IMG/VR virus record: IMGVR_UViG_3300027851_000011
Strand: one strand, 5' to 3'
Source of the DNA: a virus
Lineage: Duplodnaviria > Heunggongvirae > Uroviricota > Caudoviricetes
DNA length: 59,262 bases
Position 1 is the stretch's first letter; each line of letters starts with the position of its first letter. A program made the position numbers and the translations under genes. Below the pieces are notes generated by a model. That model saw only the letters and a list, made by a program, of their open reading frames with translations. It was not told the origin of the DNA and ran no database searches. Below, piece by piece: positions 8,983 through 18,989 of the stretch.

Positions 8983-9393
8983 ATGCCGCTCGACTTGAAG
9001 ACCGTGGAGATCGTCTCCAACAGCCGCCTCGTCGCGCGCACTTGGCCGAACCCGGTCTACGTCGATGGCCTCTACTCGCTGATGCAGCGGGTCTACATGT
9101 GCCTCGTCACCGAGCCGGGCGATGTCGAAGACGACCCGCTCTACGGCGGTGGCCTGCGCTCGGCGCTGCTTGGCATCCCAGGGCAGCTGCGCGACAGGGC
9201 CAGCGACGCGCTCACCACCGTGCTCGACAAGGTGACGAAGGATCTGCAAGCCAACCCGTCGCCGAACCCAGCAGAGCGCCTGCGTTCGCTCACGCTCGAC
9301 TCCATCGAATATGACACTGACGTTGCGGCATGGCGCTGCCAGATTACCGTTTCGTCAGCCGTCGATTCGGCGCCGTTCACTGTCAACGCCTGA
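8983..9393 (+). CDS. Baseplate wedge subunit, gp25/GpW-like, 136 aa
   Basis: Start re-assigned to ATG 8983 (MPLDLKTV). Motif LMQRVYMCLVTEPG...DPLYGGGL is typical of the gp25 family, and the gene precedes a baseplate-J-like gene. Confidence 0.75.
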   Translation: MPLDLKTVEIVSNSRLVARTWPNPVYVDGLYSLMQRVYMCLVTEPGDVEDDPLYGGGLRSALLGIPGQLRDRASDALTTVLDKVTKDLQANPSPNPAERLRSLTLDSIEYDTDVAAWRCQITVSSAVDSAPFTVNA

Positions 9394-9405
9394 TCCCGAG
9401 GTATC

Positions 9406-12400
9406 ATGAGCAAGCTGGAACTCCCGATCCGCGCGTTTGTTGAGGACTACGTGCGGCGCGCGTTCCCGAAGGTCGACTTCGGTCGCGGTAGCGCAGCCAA
9501 CGACCTCGTCATCAAGGCGTTCGCTGCCCTGATGCAGCCGATGCGTCACGAGATCGACGTCATCAAGGTGAACCAGAGCCTCTCGAACTGGCGCTACATG
9601 CGCACCGAAGATCTCGACCAGATCGTGGCCAACTGGGGCCGCTACCGCCAGAACGGCGGGCGTTCGCAGGGCACCGTGCGCCTCTACTTCGACAAGGCCC
9701 TGGAGTACCAGTTCTCGTCGCTGGAGTTCTACACCTCCGACGGCCTCTCCTTCTTCCTCGTCGCGCCGATCACAATCACCGCGACCGATCTCTTCCAGCG
9801 CCGCATGAGCACCAGCGGTGAAGAGAGCCGCTACTTCTTCGATGTGAACGTGCGGTCTTCGGGCGTCGGCAGCCGCTTCGCACTTCCCGTCGGCTCGATC
9901 GTCGGCGTCCGCAACACGCCTCCGGGTATCGTCGCCGTCGAGCAGCTGGAAGACTTCGCGGTCACTGCTCCAGAAGAGAGCAACTTCGATCTCGTCAACT
10001 CGCTATTCAAGAACATCGGGCTGCGCAATCTCATCAGCCGCTCCAGCATCCGTGCGCCGCTGCTCGACAACTTCCCCGGCATCCTCGACATGTTCATCGC
10101 TGGCTCGGGCCATGCGAGCATGGTGCGCGATCTCATCGACGTGCAGCTGCCGACCGGCCCGGTGCAGATGCACGCTGGTGGCATGACCGACATCTGGCTG
10201 AACACGGCCACGCTTCAGCGCAAGCAGATCACCCTCAGCTACCTGCCGTCGTCCGGCCGCGTGAAGCTCGTCAGCGCGCTCCAGTCGCAGGAGCAGGAGC
10301 TGATCTTCGACTTCCAGCGCGGCGTCGTCACCATCGACGGCTTCTTCCAGAACCCGGAGGTTGGTGCCTACGAGGTCGACGAAAGCATCTCGCTGACGTT
10401 CGATCTCCAGGACGTCCCGGTCAAGACCTTCATCATCAGCCGCGTCGACGAGTACCGCAACGCGATCGCCGAGAAGGACATCATCGCCGGCAATGACATG
10501 ATGGTGCTGCCCGGAGCGGCCGGCTACGGCAACCTGAGCGCTGACATCGTCGGCCTCAACTTCCGCAACGCGGACATCGTCGTCGGCGACAACATCAGCA
10601 TCGGTGGCAAGCACCGTCGCATCACCCGCATGTCTGGCCGGGTGATCGAGACCTCGCCGGCCCCGGTCAAGGTCCACGACTTCCTCTACATCGGATCGCC
10701 GGCAGCGCCCGGCGACCGCACCTTCGCGCTCTCGGACGTTCATCTGCATGCTCGTGTGAACGACCGGCTGATCGTCACCACGTCGGCCGCTGCGTCGATG
10801 TACTCAGTGCTCGCGCTCAGCACGAATCAGGTGACGATCGGCCGTGTCGACGCCCAGGTCAGCGTGACCGCCAACGACCCGCACGCCACCAACACCAATC
10901 TGCGCGTGCTGACGATCACCGGGCCAGCGGGCTCGCCGCCGAAGCACAGCCTGGATCTCGCCAACGTCGGCTACATCTACTTCGGCACCGACGCAGGCTT
11001 CGACCAGGGCGCCTACTTCAAGATCGTGAACGTGGTTCCCGGCGTCAACAGCACCACGCTGGAAGTCATCGACCCGAGCAATGCGACGAGCGCGCTGCCG
11101 CCAGACGCGAACCTCGTGCTCGGTCTGATCGGTGCGATGCCCACGGACACGCCGATCATCATCGAGCGTGATGACGACGCATACAGTGCACAAGCATCCA
11201 AGTTCCCCGTCGCTACGACGCACACCCACTATGCCAACGAGCTGGATGCCCCGCTCGCCTTCGGCACGGACACGGTTCCGGCGCTCGGCATCGGTCTGGT
11301 CGCGGGCGTCGGCGACGTCGTGATCTTCTTCGACGTCTCGGTGCCCTCGACGGCTCTGGCCGCCAGCGGTGCAGACGGCAGCCGCTTCTCGGTCGTCGTA
11401 TCTCAGATCCTCAGCGCTGATGAAGTTCGCGTCCAGCCGGCGCTCCCCTTCGAGCTGCCCGCCGGGGCACGCTATGCCGTGATGCGCAACAGCTACCCGC
11501 TGGTCACCGCAGTCACGGCCGACAGCGTCGACCCGATCAACAACGACGTCACCATCAACAGCTTCCCAGTCGGACTGGGTGATGGCCTCGGCCTCATCAT
11601 CAAGAAGGGGCTCCAGCAGTACGTCGTGATGTCGAGCACCGCTGGCTCTGTCCGCACCCTGAAGTTCAAGCCGCCGGCCTACGTCCGCACACTGACCTTC
11701 AATGCTGGCGGCTACATCGCGCCCACCGTCGCAGCCAAGGGGCTGCTGGTGAAGGATGCCGTCGGCGGCTACACCGGCATCCTCTATGCCTTCGACAACA
11801 TTGCGCGCACGTGGCAGGTGATCCCGACCACGCCGGCCGACGTCTTCGACACGGCGCTGAACAACGTCACGATCATCGGCACCACGGCAGCGGGAACGCT
11901 CTCGGTCCCCTCGACCGGGCCCGCTCCTGTCGGTTACGAGACGCCCGTCGCCGGAGACCTTGGCAGCTTCGTGCGTCAGGGCAGCTCGACGGGCGTGCTC
12001 CAGGGCTTCAACACCACCCTCTTCGAGTGGTACGTGAAGCCGCTCGGTGACAGCGACACCTTCAGCGACCTGACGCTCACCACCTTCGTGGACACCGGAA
12101 CTGGCGTCGTGACGCCCGGCCACGGCGCTGGCATGCTGGCCTCGGCGCCTGGACCCACCGGCATCGCCGCCGGCCCCGTCACCCTCACGCTCGACAAGCC
12201 GATCGCATTCAGCTCTGGCGACCAGATCGACTTCTACTCGCGCTTCGGCTCCAGCGGCTGCAACTTTGATGAGCAGAACCTCATCGTCGACCCGAACCCG
12301 GCCTACAGCCCCAGCTCGCTGTTCACGTCGGTCGTCGCTGGCACGGATCAGGTCGCCCTGCTGGCCGGCATCGACCTCGGGCTGCTCACCGTCGAGAAGG

Positions 12401-14370
12401 TGAACTCGAACTCGCTGCGCCTCGCTGAAGCTGTGACGCCTGATGTCGTGCGCTTCCCGAACGCTCCTGGCGCAACGCAGTTCAACCTGTCGGCACCCAT
12501 CGCACAGGGCGAGACCGTGATTGGCCAGATCGGCATTGGCCGCTGGGCTGCCACCGGGCGCTGCCTGCTCATCAGCGGGCCGAGCGGCACGCGGCTTCTG
12601 CCCATCGCAGAGCCGCTGTCGCCTGACAGCATCCGGCTCGCTGTCGGCAACCCCGCCGTCATCTACCCCGGCCAGGGCTACACCTGGGAGGTCGTCGACG
12701 CGCTCCACATGCCCTACTGGATGGTGGAGCCGGGCGCCATCAGCCAGTACCGCGTCTACCGCACGCCGACGCTCGGTGATCTGATCCACTCCGGGACTGC
12801 TGGCATCGTCAGCAATCTCCAGCCGACCTACTTCTCTGACACCAACGCTGATCTCCAGGCTGTTCTCGTCGGTCAGGATCTCGCCGCTGGCAACGTGGAG
12901 CTGGCAATCGACAGTGGTGACTACGCCTCGTCGATCCCGTTCGTGATCAAGCGCGTCGTCTCGACGAACACCGTCGAGCTGGAGAACGCGAACTTCACCA
13001 CGGCTGGGAACAACGTCAGCTATCGCATCCTGCACCGGAACGGATCGCGGCGCATGGAGAAGTGGATCGACGGCTTCGTCGCCCCGCTCGCGTCCCGCGA
13101 TCGCATCGCGCTGTTCGCAGACCCTGGTTCGCTGCTGCGCAACAACACCACCGACCAGTGGGTCGCTGTGATCACCCCGTCGGCGGCCTGGGACGGCAGC
13201 GGTGCACCGGGTGCCCCGAACTTCACGATGCCGCGCCTGAAGCTCGCCGACGTCGAGTACTCGCCGGACTCGCTCTACCTGATCAGCCGGCGCCTGGGTG
13301 CGGCTGACAACATCGCCATCGTCGAGACGTCTGCTGCGATCACCACGCTCGGCTTCGTCGGTGGCTCGCCGACCACGCGTGCCTACGCGGAGATCACGTT
13401 CACGGCCAATCCGGTTCCCGGCGACGTGATCACCATCGGCATGTCGGGCGTGACCCACACGTTCCAGTTCCTCACGCTGCTGTCGTCGCTGATCCCTGGC
13501 CGCATCGCTGTGACCATCGGTGCCAACAAGGAGGCAACCTGCGCGAACCTGCTCGCCGCGCTCGTCGCGCAGGGCTACCCGGCTGACATCTTCGGCAAGA
13601 TCGAACTGGTCTTCGACAAGACGGCCGGGCACTACGGCGCGATCCAGGCCACCGATGCCTTCGACGCCAACGGATTCACGCTGCCATACGGCACGCAGCT
13701 GCGCGTCATGCTGCGCAACACCGACCGCGTCGATGCTGCGGCTCTGACCGGCATGGCTCAGAACACCTTCAACTACTACAGCGGTGAGTTCCTCGACCTG
13801 CCGGTCGTGAAGATGATCGCTGTCGAGGTGCTCGATGCTTCGACCCGCGAGCCGGTGAAGGCCGTCGAGTACACCCTGGCCGTCGATGATCCGGGCCTGC
13901 GCTACAGCGCCAAGGAGCGCAACACGCTCGTCATCTCGGACCCGACCGTGGCCTTCAAGCCACTGCGCATCACCTACGTCTCTGATCCGACGATCGGACA
14001 GGTCGATGCCTACGTGAACGAAGACGACACGCGTGTGCTGAACGCCAACCAGCTGGCGAAGCGCATGGAGACGATCGCCGTCTCCATCCAGGTCAGCGTC
14101 CGTTCGTCGCTCGCGTCGAACGAGATCGGCAGCCTGCTCGCCAACTTCGTGAACACCCGGCGCAGCACGCTCCAGCTGAGCAAGGCCGACATCATCAAGG
14201 CGCTCTACGACAACCGTGAGATCTCCTACGTCGAGATCCAGTCCATGCGCCTCGACGCCACCTACTTCGCGCTCAACGGCCTGATCACGAACTACAACGA
14301 CGTTTCAGAGGTGTTCGGGTCCGAGACGGCCTGCTACATTGCTGAGAACATGTTCGTGACGAAGATCTGA
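9406..14370 (+). CDS. Baseplate J/gp6-like wedge protein with a very large beta-rich insertion, 1654 aa
   Basis: N-terminus DFGRGSAANDLVIKAF...LDQIVANWGRYRQNGGRSQGTVRLYF...APEESN is baseplate-J-like. GAGG RBS; follows the gp25-like gene. Confidence 0.75.
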   Translation: MSKLELPIRAFVEDYVRRAFPKVDFGRGSAANDLVIKAFAALMQPMRHEIDVIKVNQSLSNWRYMRTEDLDQIVANWGRYRQNGGRSQGTVRLYFDKALEYQFSSLEFYTSDGLSFFLVAPITITATDLFQRRMSTSGEESRYFFDVNVRSSGVGSRFALPVGSIVGVRNTPPGIVAVEQLEDFAVTAPEESNFDLVNSLFKNIGLRNLISRSSIRAPLLDNFPGILDMFIAGSGHASMVRDLIDVQLPTGPVQMHAGGMTDIWLNTATLQRKQITLSYLPSSGRVKLVSALQSQEQELIFDFQRGVVTIDGFFQNPEVGAYEVDESISLTFDLQDVPVKTFIISRVDEYRNAIAEKDIIAGNDMMVLPGAAGYGNLSADIVGLNFRNADIVVGDNISIGGKHRRITRMSGRVIETSPAPVKVHDFLYIGSPAAPGDRTFALSDVHLHARVNDRLIVTTSAAASMYSVLALSTNQVTIGRVDAQVSVTANDPHATNTNLRVLTITGPAGSPPKHSLDLANVGYIYFGTDAGFDQGAYFKIVNVVPGVNSTTLEVIDPSNATSALPPDANLVLGLIGAMPTDTPIIIERDDDAYSAQASKFPVATTHTHYANELDAPLAFGTDTVPALGIGLVAGVGDVVIFFDVSVPSTALAASGADGSRFSVVVSQILSADEVRVQPALPFELPAGARYAVMRNSYPLVTAVTADSVDPINNDVTINSFPVGLGDGLGLIIKKGLQQYVVMSSTAGSVRTLKFKPPAYVRTLTFNAGGYIAPTVAAKGLLVKDAVGGYTGILYAFDNIARTWQVIPTTPADVFDTALNNVTIIGTTAAGTLSVPSTGPAPVGYETPVAGDLGSFVRQGSSTGVLQGFNTTLFEWYVKPLGDSDTFSDLTLTTFVDTGTGVVTPGHGAGMLASAPGPTGIAAGPVTLTLDKPIAFSSGDQIDFYSRFGSSGCNFDEQNLIVDPNPAYSPSSLFTSVVAGTDQVALLAGIDLGLLTVEKVNSNSLRLAEAVTPDVVRFPNAPGATQFNLSAPIAQGETVIGQIGIGRWAATGRCLLISGPSGTRLLPIAEPLSPDSIRLAVGNPAVIYPGQGYTWEVVDALHMPYWMVEPGAISQYRVYRTPTLGDLIHSGTAGIVSNLQPTYFSDTNADLQAVLVGQDLAAGNVELAIDSGDYASSIPFVIKRVVSTNTVELENANFTTAGNNVSYRILHRNGSRRMEKWIDGFVAPLASRDRIALFADPGSLLRNNTTDQWVAVITPSAAWDGSGAPGAPNFTMPRLKLADVEYSPDSLYLISRRLGAADNIAIVETSAAITTLGFVGGSPTTRAYAEITFTANPVPGDVITIGMSGVTHTFQFLTLLSSLIPGRIAVTIGANKEATCANLLAALVAQGYPADIFGKIELVFDKTAGHYGAIQATDAFDANGFTLPYGTQLRVMLRNTDRVDAAALTGMAQNTFNYYSGEFLDLPVVKMIAVEVLDASTREPVKAVEYTLAVDDPGLRYSAKERNTLVISDPTVAFKPLRITYVSDPTIGQVDAYVNEDDTRVLNANQLAKRMETIAVSIQVSVRSSLASNEIGSLLANFVNTRRSTLQLSKADIIKALYDNREISYVEIQSMRLDATYFALNGLITNYNDVSEVFGSETACYIAENMFVTKI

Positions 14371-14372
14371 CC

Positions 14373-17300
14373 ATGGCCGCTCCACGCTCGCCGATCGCTG
14401 AAACCCTCGAACAGCTCGTGTGGGGGCGCCTGTCGACCTTCTGGTCGCGGGACTACAACCCCGACGACAAGGAGCGCCTCAACGCCGTCTACGAGGGCTG
14501 TCTGGAAGCTCTCGACGCCGAGTACACGCGGCTGTTCGAGATCAACAACAGCAAGTCGATCGCTGCGATCAATCCGCTCACGCAGCGCCGCTGGCTGCGC
14601 CTGGACCTGAACCGGCATGCAGAGCTGGCTGCGTTCCTGAAGTTCCTGAGCACCAGCAGCGCCGGTGGCGCGGCCAGCAGCGACGCCAGCAACGTCCTGT
14701 CCTGCGACACAACTGAGAACAACCACGCCCGGCACTGGCACATCTCGTTCCCCTATGTGGTCCCGCAGGGCGACCCGGTCACGCGTGCCTCGATCGAGCT
14801 GCGCTATCGCATCGACCTGCGCCTCGTTCGCATCTACCACATGCGGCGCGACCCGCGCACCGGCATTGCACGTGGCGTGCTACTGCGCCCTGGCGCAGAC
14901 TACCAGCTGATGCCATCTGGCACAGGCATCAGGCTGTCTGCGACTGTCCCAGGTGACCAGTACGAGCTGGTCGTCGGCTTCGATCTCTCGGACCCCATGT
15001 ACGACGGGCTTCAGCCCATCGTCTCGTACGCAGCCGGCTACGACGTGGCGGCACAGAACGTCATCCGTGTGAACCCCGAGCTGACGATCGCCAACCTGCC
15101 GATCCACGTGCTCGTCGTGAAGAACGTGCGCGACTCCGGTGCCGGCGGGCTGGTGGAGACCAACACGCCGTCGTTCTCCAGCAAGTACGTCTTCATCCCC
15201 TGGACGGGGCTCACGACCGGGCCGATGCACGGCGCCGTGCCTGGAACCGTCGCGCTTCCGAACACCGTCAACATCGAATCGACGGACGCCGTCTTCGTGT
15301 TCGGCCTGATCCGGGGCGAGTTCGTCGAGAACCACAAGCACGTCCTCGCCACGACGCTGCTCAACCCAGGCGCGGCTCCGCGCATCACGTCGACCCTGTT
15401 CCGTGCCGCTGGCAGCACGAGCCGCGTCACGTTCGACACGCCGCTGCGCCCTGGCCTCTTCGGTTCGCTGGCCTATCTTGGTCAGCCGTTCGAAGTGCTC
15501 GTCGACGGCGAGCTGCTCCCGCGCTCGGACTACCAGTTCGATGCCGATGGCAACCTCAACCTGAAGTTCCCCCTCACGTGGACTGCTGATCAGTACCGCA
15601 GCGTCGTGGTGCGTAGCACCGACGAATACGACACCCTGCACGGCGGTGCGGCTGATCAGCACATTCACATCGAATGCATCCTCCAGAGCGCGAAGCCGCC
15701 CGAGTTCTACGAGACCTTCGATGACGGCGGCGACTTCGACGATGAAGCCGGCGGCACCTTCGATGACAAGCGCACCCTCAACATCGTCTTCCTCGACGAC
15801 GTCGGCGCAGACCTCAGCACCCTCGAAGTCTGGGTGAACGGCGTCCGCAAGCTGAGCGACATCGACTACGTGGCGACGTTCGATGTCGACACCAAGCGCG
15901 TGCGCATCTCGTTCGGCTTCAACATCAAGGACATGACGATCTACGCGGCATACCGCCGCGAGTCGCGCACGTTCGTCTACGGCCGCTACGCCAAGGGCTT
16001 CATCTCCCAGACGCTGAGCGGGCTGCTGACAGACATCGGAGCCCTGAAGGATGCGTTCTCCAGCTCGACAGGCTTCCAGATCAAGAACATGGGCCGGCTG
16101 ATCGAGGCCGCCGAGACCGCCGGTGCCGGCGGCAATCCGCTGCTCACCCTGTTCTACGACGAGCGCCAGGAGTTCTCGGACATCAGCGTCGATTCCAACC
16201 GAGTCGCCATCTCGCTCGATGACGCGCGCCTCGTCGAGTCCATCGGCACCAAGCTCGTCGCCATCCCGTTCCTCTGCGACCGGGTGCTGCGCCCGGCGCT
16301 GCGCCTCGAACAGGGCGTCGACTATGACATCGTCGACGGTGAGATCCGCTCGTCGTTCGATCTCACGGCGAAGCGCTATGAGAGCGACGCCAACCCTGGC
16401 GTCTGGTGGTGCCCGATCGTCATCCTCGACGAGCAGATGCTGAAGAAGAACTTCGGTGTCCTGGTCGGTGACGAGCGCGCAGATTCCAGCGAAGCCTACC
16501 GCACCGCGCTGCACGCCAACCTCTCCCTGCGGTTCTCGGGGCCTGTGGTTCGTGATCTGGAGCGGGCAGCCGCTGTCCTGTATGGCTCGCCAGTCTTCAC
16601 GCAGGACGGGCGCATCACCAGCATCGACACGCGGACCATCGGCTACGACATCACCGTCGCCAGCGGCACGACGACGCAGACTGTACGCGTCGGATCCAAC
16701 GCCGTGAAGCCGGTGGTCGGCGAGCGCATCCTGCGCTCTCAGAGCCTCGCAGCTGCGGCGCTCTATGACGGCAAGCTCGGCGGCCTGATCCTGCACAAGC
16801 GGGCAACGGTGATCGCGGAGCTTCCGTATGTGAAGGCAGCGGCCGGCGACATCGTTCGTCTGACGACCTTCGACCCGGCTGATCCGACGCAGACGCCGCT
16901 CCCGTTCGTGACGCGGCTGCTGTCCGTTCGCTACGACGCGGACTACCTGCCGGCGCGCACCACGCTGTCGTTCGAGAATGTGCCGCGCTTCGATGTCACT
17001 GTCGAGTCTGAGCTGCGCATCCTGCGCGACGCTGGGCCGCCGTATGCAGCGCTGGACGGCATCGTGGTGTCCGTCGAGGCCATCAACGAGACGGTGATGA
17101 AGACCGCGAACAGCGAATACGTCCTGCCGCCTGGGCGCATGCCAGAGCAGCGTGTCGGCGAGTTCGTAGCACGCGGTCAGCCGATCCACCAGAGCTTCGC
17201 ACAGCTGTATGACGACACGCGGCGCCCCAACTGGCACTGGCTGAAGCCGTCGCACTACGCCAAGGACTGGGAGTATGTGCTGAAGGGACTCGGCACGCCA

Positions 17301-18164
17301 ATCACCACTGCGACCGTCGAGGACAAGCGCACCGCTGTGGTGCATCCGCCCGTCGAGAGCGGCGACTACTCGACGATCGACCTGGATCCGATCACACCAC
17401 AGGTGAAGCGCGGCACGCACATCGACGTCTTCGATGATGCCACGCTGGTGACCTTCACGTTCACTGTCGTCGGCCTGAATGGCACGACGGTCTACGTCAC
17501 GCCGACGGTGTCGTCCATCATCAACGGTGCAGCGACCGTCCGTTCTGGAACGGAGATCAAGCGCGAGTACTTCGGTCTCGCTACGCCTCCGAGCAGCTCG
17601 CCGGTCGAATCTCCGCTGACCTTCGCGCAGCCGATCCGTTCTCGTGTGCTGCAACTCGCTGACACCTCGCGGTTCCCAGCGTCTGGCGAGTGCACCGTGC
17701 GGCTGCCGAACGGCGGCAGCACCGAGGTGCGCTACAACCGTGTGGCGCGCGGCTTCCTGCTCGACTGCGAGTGGCCGTCGACGTTCCCGGCCCTCACAGG
17801 CCCGCGCCCGGCGCCCGGCATTGAAGGACCCCTCGATCCACAGCTGCCTGAGGGCACCGTGGTTCGTCTCATCTCAGAGCACCGGCAGACACGACTCAAC
17901 CCGGCGTTCATCGCGCTCGTCAATCAGCGCGTCACGCAGGATCTGCGCACGTCCGAGAAGCGCATCCAGGTCAGCGATGCGAACGCCGATGAACTGTATG
18001 CATTCTTCAAGAACTCGTCTGCGGTCATGGAGTCAGCAGCCGTGAGCCGGCCACAGGTACTCCGCGATCTGATGGACGATGTCGTCCCGCCCGGCTCGAC
18101 GCTCGTCACCATGAGCAAGCATCGCATCATCGACGTCTACTCTGGCGGAATCGGAGAGAAGTAA
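14373..18164 (+). CDS. Large baseplate wedge/tail structural protein, 1263 aa
   Basis: 2-bp gap after the J-like gene, beta-rich, with segment DSSEAYRTALHANLSLRFSGP resembling wedge (gp7/P2 I-like) proteins (inference). Confidence 0.6.
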   Translation: MAAPRSPIAETLEQLVWGRLSTFWSRDYNPDDKERLNAVYEGCLEALDAEYTRLFEINNSKSIAAINPLTQRRWLRLDLNRHAELAAFLKFLSTSSAGGAASSDASNVLSCDTTENNHARHWHISFPYVVPQGDPVTRASIELRYRIDLRLVRIYHMRRDPRTGIARGVLLRPGADYQLMPSGTGIRLSATVPGDQYELVVGFDLSDPMYDGLQPIVSYAAGYDVAAQNVIRVNPELTIANLPIHVLVVKNVRDSGAGGLVETNTPSFSSKYVFIPWTGLTTGPMHGAVPGTVALPNTVNIESTDAVFVFGLIRGEFVENHKHVLATTLLNPGAAPRITSTLFRAAGSTSRVTFDTPLRPGLFGSLAYLGQPFEVLVDGELLPRSDYQFDADGNLNLKFPLTWTADQYRSVVVRSTDEYDTLHGGAADQHIHIECILQSAKPPEFYETFDDGGDFDDEAGGTFDDKRTLNIVFLDDVGADLSTLEVWVNGVRKLSDIDYVATFDVDTKRVRISFGFNIKDMTIYAAYRRESRTFVYGRYAKGFISQTLSGLLTDIGALKDAFSSSTGFQIKNMGRLIEAAETAGAGGNPLLTLFYDERQEFSDISVDSNRVAISLDDARLVESIGTKLVAIPFLCDRVLRPALRLEQGVDYDIVDGEIRSSFDLTAKRYESDANPGVWWCPIVILDEQMLKKNFGVLVGDERADSSEAYRTALHANLSLRFSGPVVRDLERAAAVLYGSPVFTQDGRITSIDTRTIGYDITVASGTTTQTVRVGSNAVKPVVGERILRSQSLAAAALYDGKLGGLILHKRATVIAELPYVKAAAGDIVRLTTFDPADPTQTPLPFVTRLLSVRYDADYLPARTTLSFENVPRFDVTVESELRILRDAGPPYAALDGIVVSVEAINETVMKTANSEYVLPPGRMPEQRVGEFVARGQPIHQSFAQLYDDTRRPNWHWLKPSHYAKDWEYVLKGLGTPITTATVEDKRTAVVHPPVESGDYSTIDLDPITPQVKRGTHIDVFDDATLVTFTFTVVGLNGTTVYVTPTVSSIINGAATVRSGTEIKREYFGLATPPSSSPVESPLTFAQPIRSRVLQLADTSRFPASGECTVRLPNGGSTEVRYNRVARGFLLDCEWPSTFPALTGPRPAPGIEGPLDPQLPEGTVVRLISEHRQTRLNPAFIALVNQRVTQDLRTSEKRIQVSDANADELYAFFKNSSAVMESAAVSRPQVLRDLMDDVVPPGSTLVTMSKHRIIDVYSGGIGEK

Positions 18165-18490
18165 TGCGAATCGCGACAGATGTCATTCGCATCTTCCGCA
18201 TCATGAACGTCGGCGTTCAGCCTGCGCCTGATGCCAACGGCGACATCTACGTGGACGTCGGGCCCTTCAGCCTGACTGCTGTCGTCGATGACCCGGAGAA
18301 CGCGACGCCACACACCTTCCTGTGGGAACAGACCCCTGTCGTCGTTCCTGGTTCCAGCTTCGGGTCGCCGACGCAGCAGTCGACCACATTCGGCCCGCTC
18401 GTCTCCGGCACCATCTACCACCTGTCAATCACCGTCACCTCAGCGCGCCTCCAGACCAAGAACCTCAGGTTCCGCGTCCTTGTCCGCTGA
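18164..18490 (+). CDS. Small Ig/PKD-like protein, 108 aa
   Basis: TAATG coupling; pattern LTAVVDDPE...TFLWEQ...STTF...GTIYHLSITVT. Confidence 0.6.
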   Translation: MRIATDVIRIFRIMNVGVQPAPDANGDIYVDVGPFSLTAVVDDPENATPHTFLWEQTPVVVPGSSFGSPTQQSTTFGPLVSGTIYHLSITVTSARLQTKNLRFRVLVR

Positions 18491-18507
18491 CGCGTAGACC
18501 GTACCCT
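18480..18507 (+). promoter_or_regulatory. Putative internal promoter upstream of the fibre/radical SAM block
   Basis: TTGTCC-16 nt-TACCCT, same hexamers as 8949-8976. Confidence 0.5.
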
Positions 18508-18522
18508 TCTGTCGGAGTAACC

Positions 18523-18987
18523 GTGCACGACGTCACCCCTCTCGGTTTCCGTGGCCACGTGCGTCAGATCAGCTCGATTCACGGGCTGATTCGCGACAAG
18601 CACAACCTTGTCGTGGACGCCTGTGTCGAGCTGGTCGCCCAGGCACTGCTGGGCCGAGACCAGATCGACGCCGTGCTCTTCGGCTACAGCGGCGGCGTCA
18701 TCGCCACGCCTGGGCTCCGCACGATCTACAACCCCATCTACCGCGCGCCGGTGGGTGTGAACTCCGCGTCACCGCCCTTCATCAGCAAGGATGAGCTGGG
18801 CTACAAGTCGATCATCACCTGGACCGGCGTCTACGTGAACCCAGGCCCGAGCAACGTGTCGTACGACATGCTCGGCCTGCTCTCGCAGAACGATCGCCTG
18901 TTCGCGGCCACATCCATCGACACCGTCACGGTGGCGCCCAACGAGAGCATCGCCGTTGAGTGGACCATCGTGACCCGAGGACGCTAA
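18523..18987 (+). CDS. Tail fibre attachment/collar-like structural protein, 154 aa
   Basis: Start re-assigned to GTG 18523 with GGAG upstream. The pattern HNLVVDA...LGLLSQNDRLFA...VEWTI is typical of baseplate-to-fibre junction proteins. Confidence 0.6.
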   Translation: MHDVTPLGFRGHVRQISSIHGLIRDKHNLVVDACVELVAQALLGRDQIDAVLFGYSGGVIATPGLRTIYNPIYRAPVGVNSASPPFISKDELGYKSIITWTGVYVNPGPSNVSYDMLGLLSQNDRLFAATSIDTVTVAPNESIAVEWTIVTRGR

Positions 18988-18989
18988 TC

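Noticed and set aside
10804-13632. 942-aa minus-strand ORF; similar long ORFs at 14880..17654, 27000..28778, 32670..34334, 41655..43811 and 1211..2800
   Set aside because: These are antisense shadows of strongly codon-biased high-GC genes. They have Arg/Val/Asp-rich nonsense composition, no motifs, and overlap better-supported genes.
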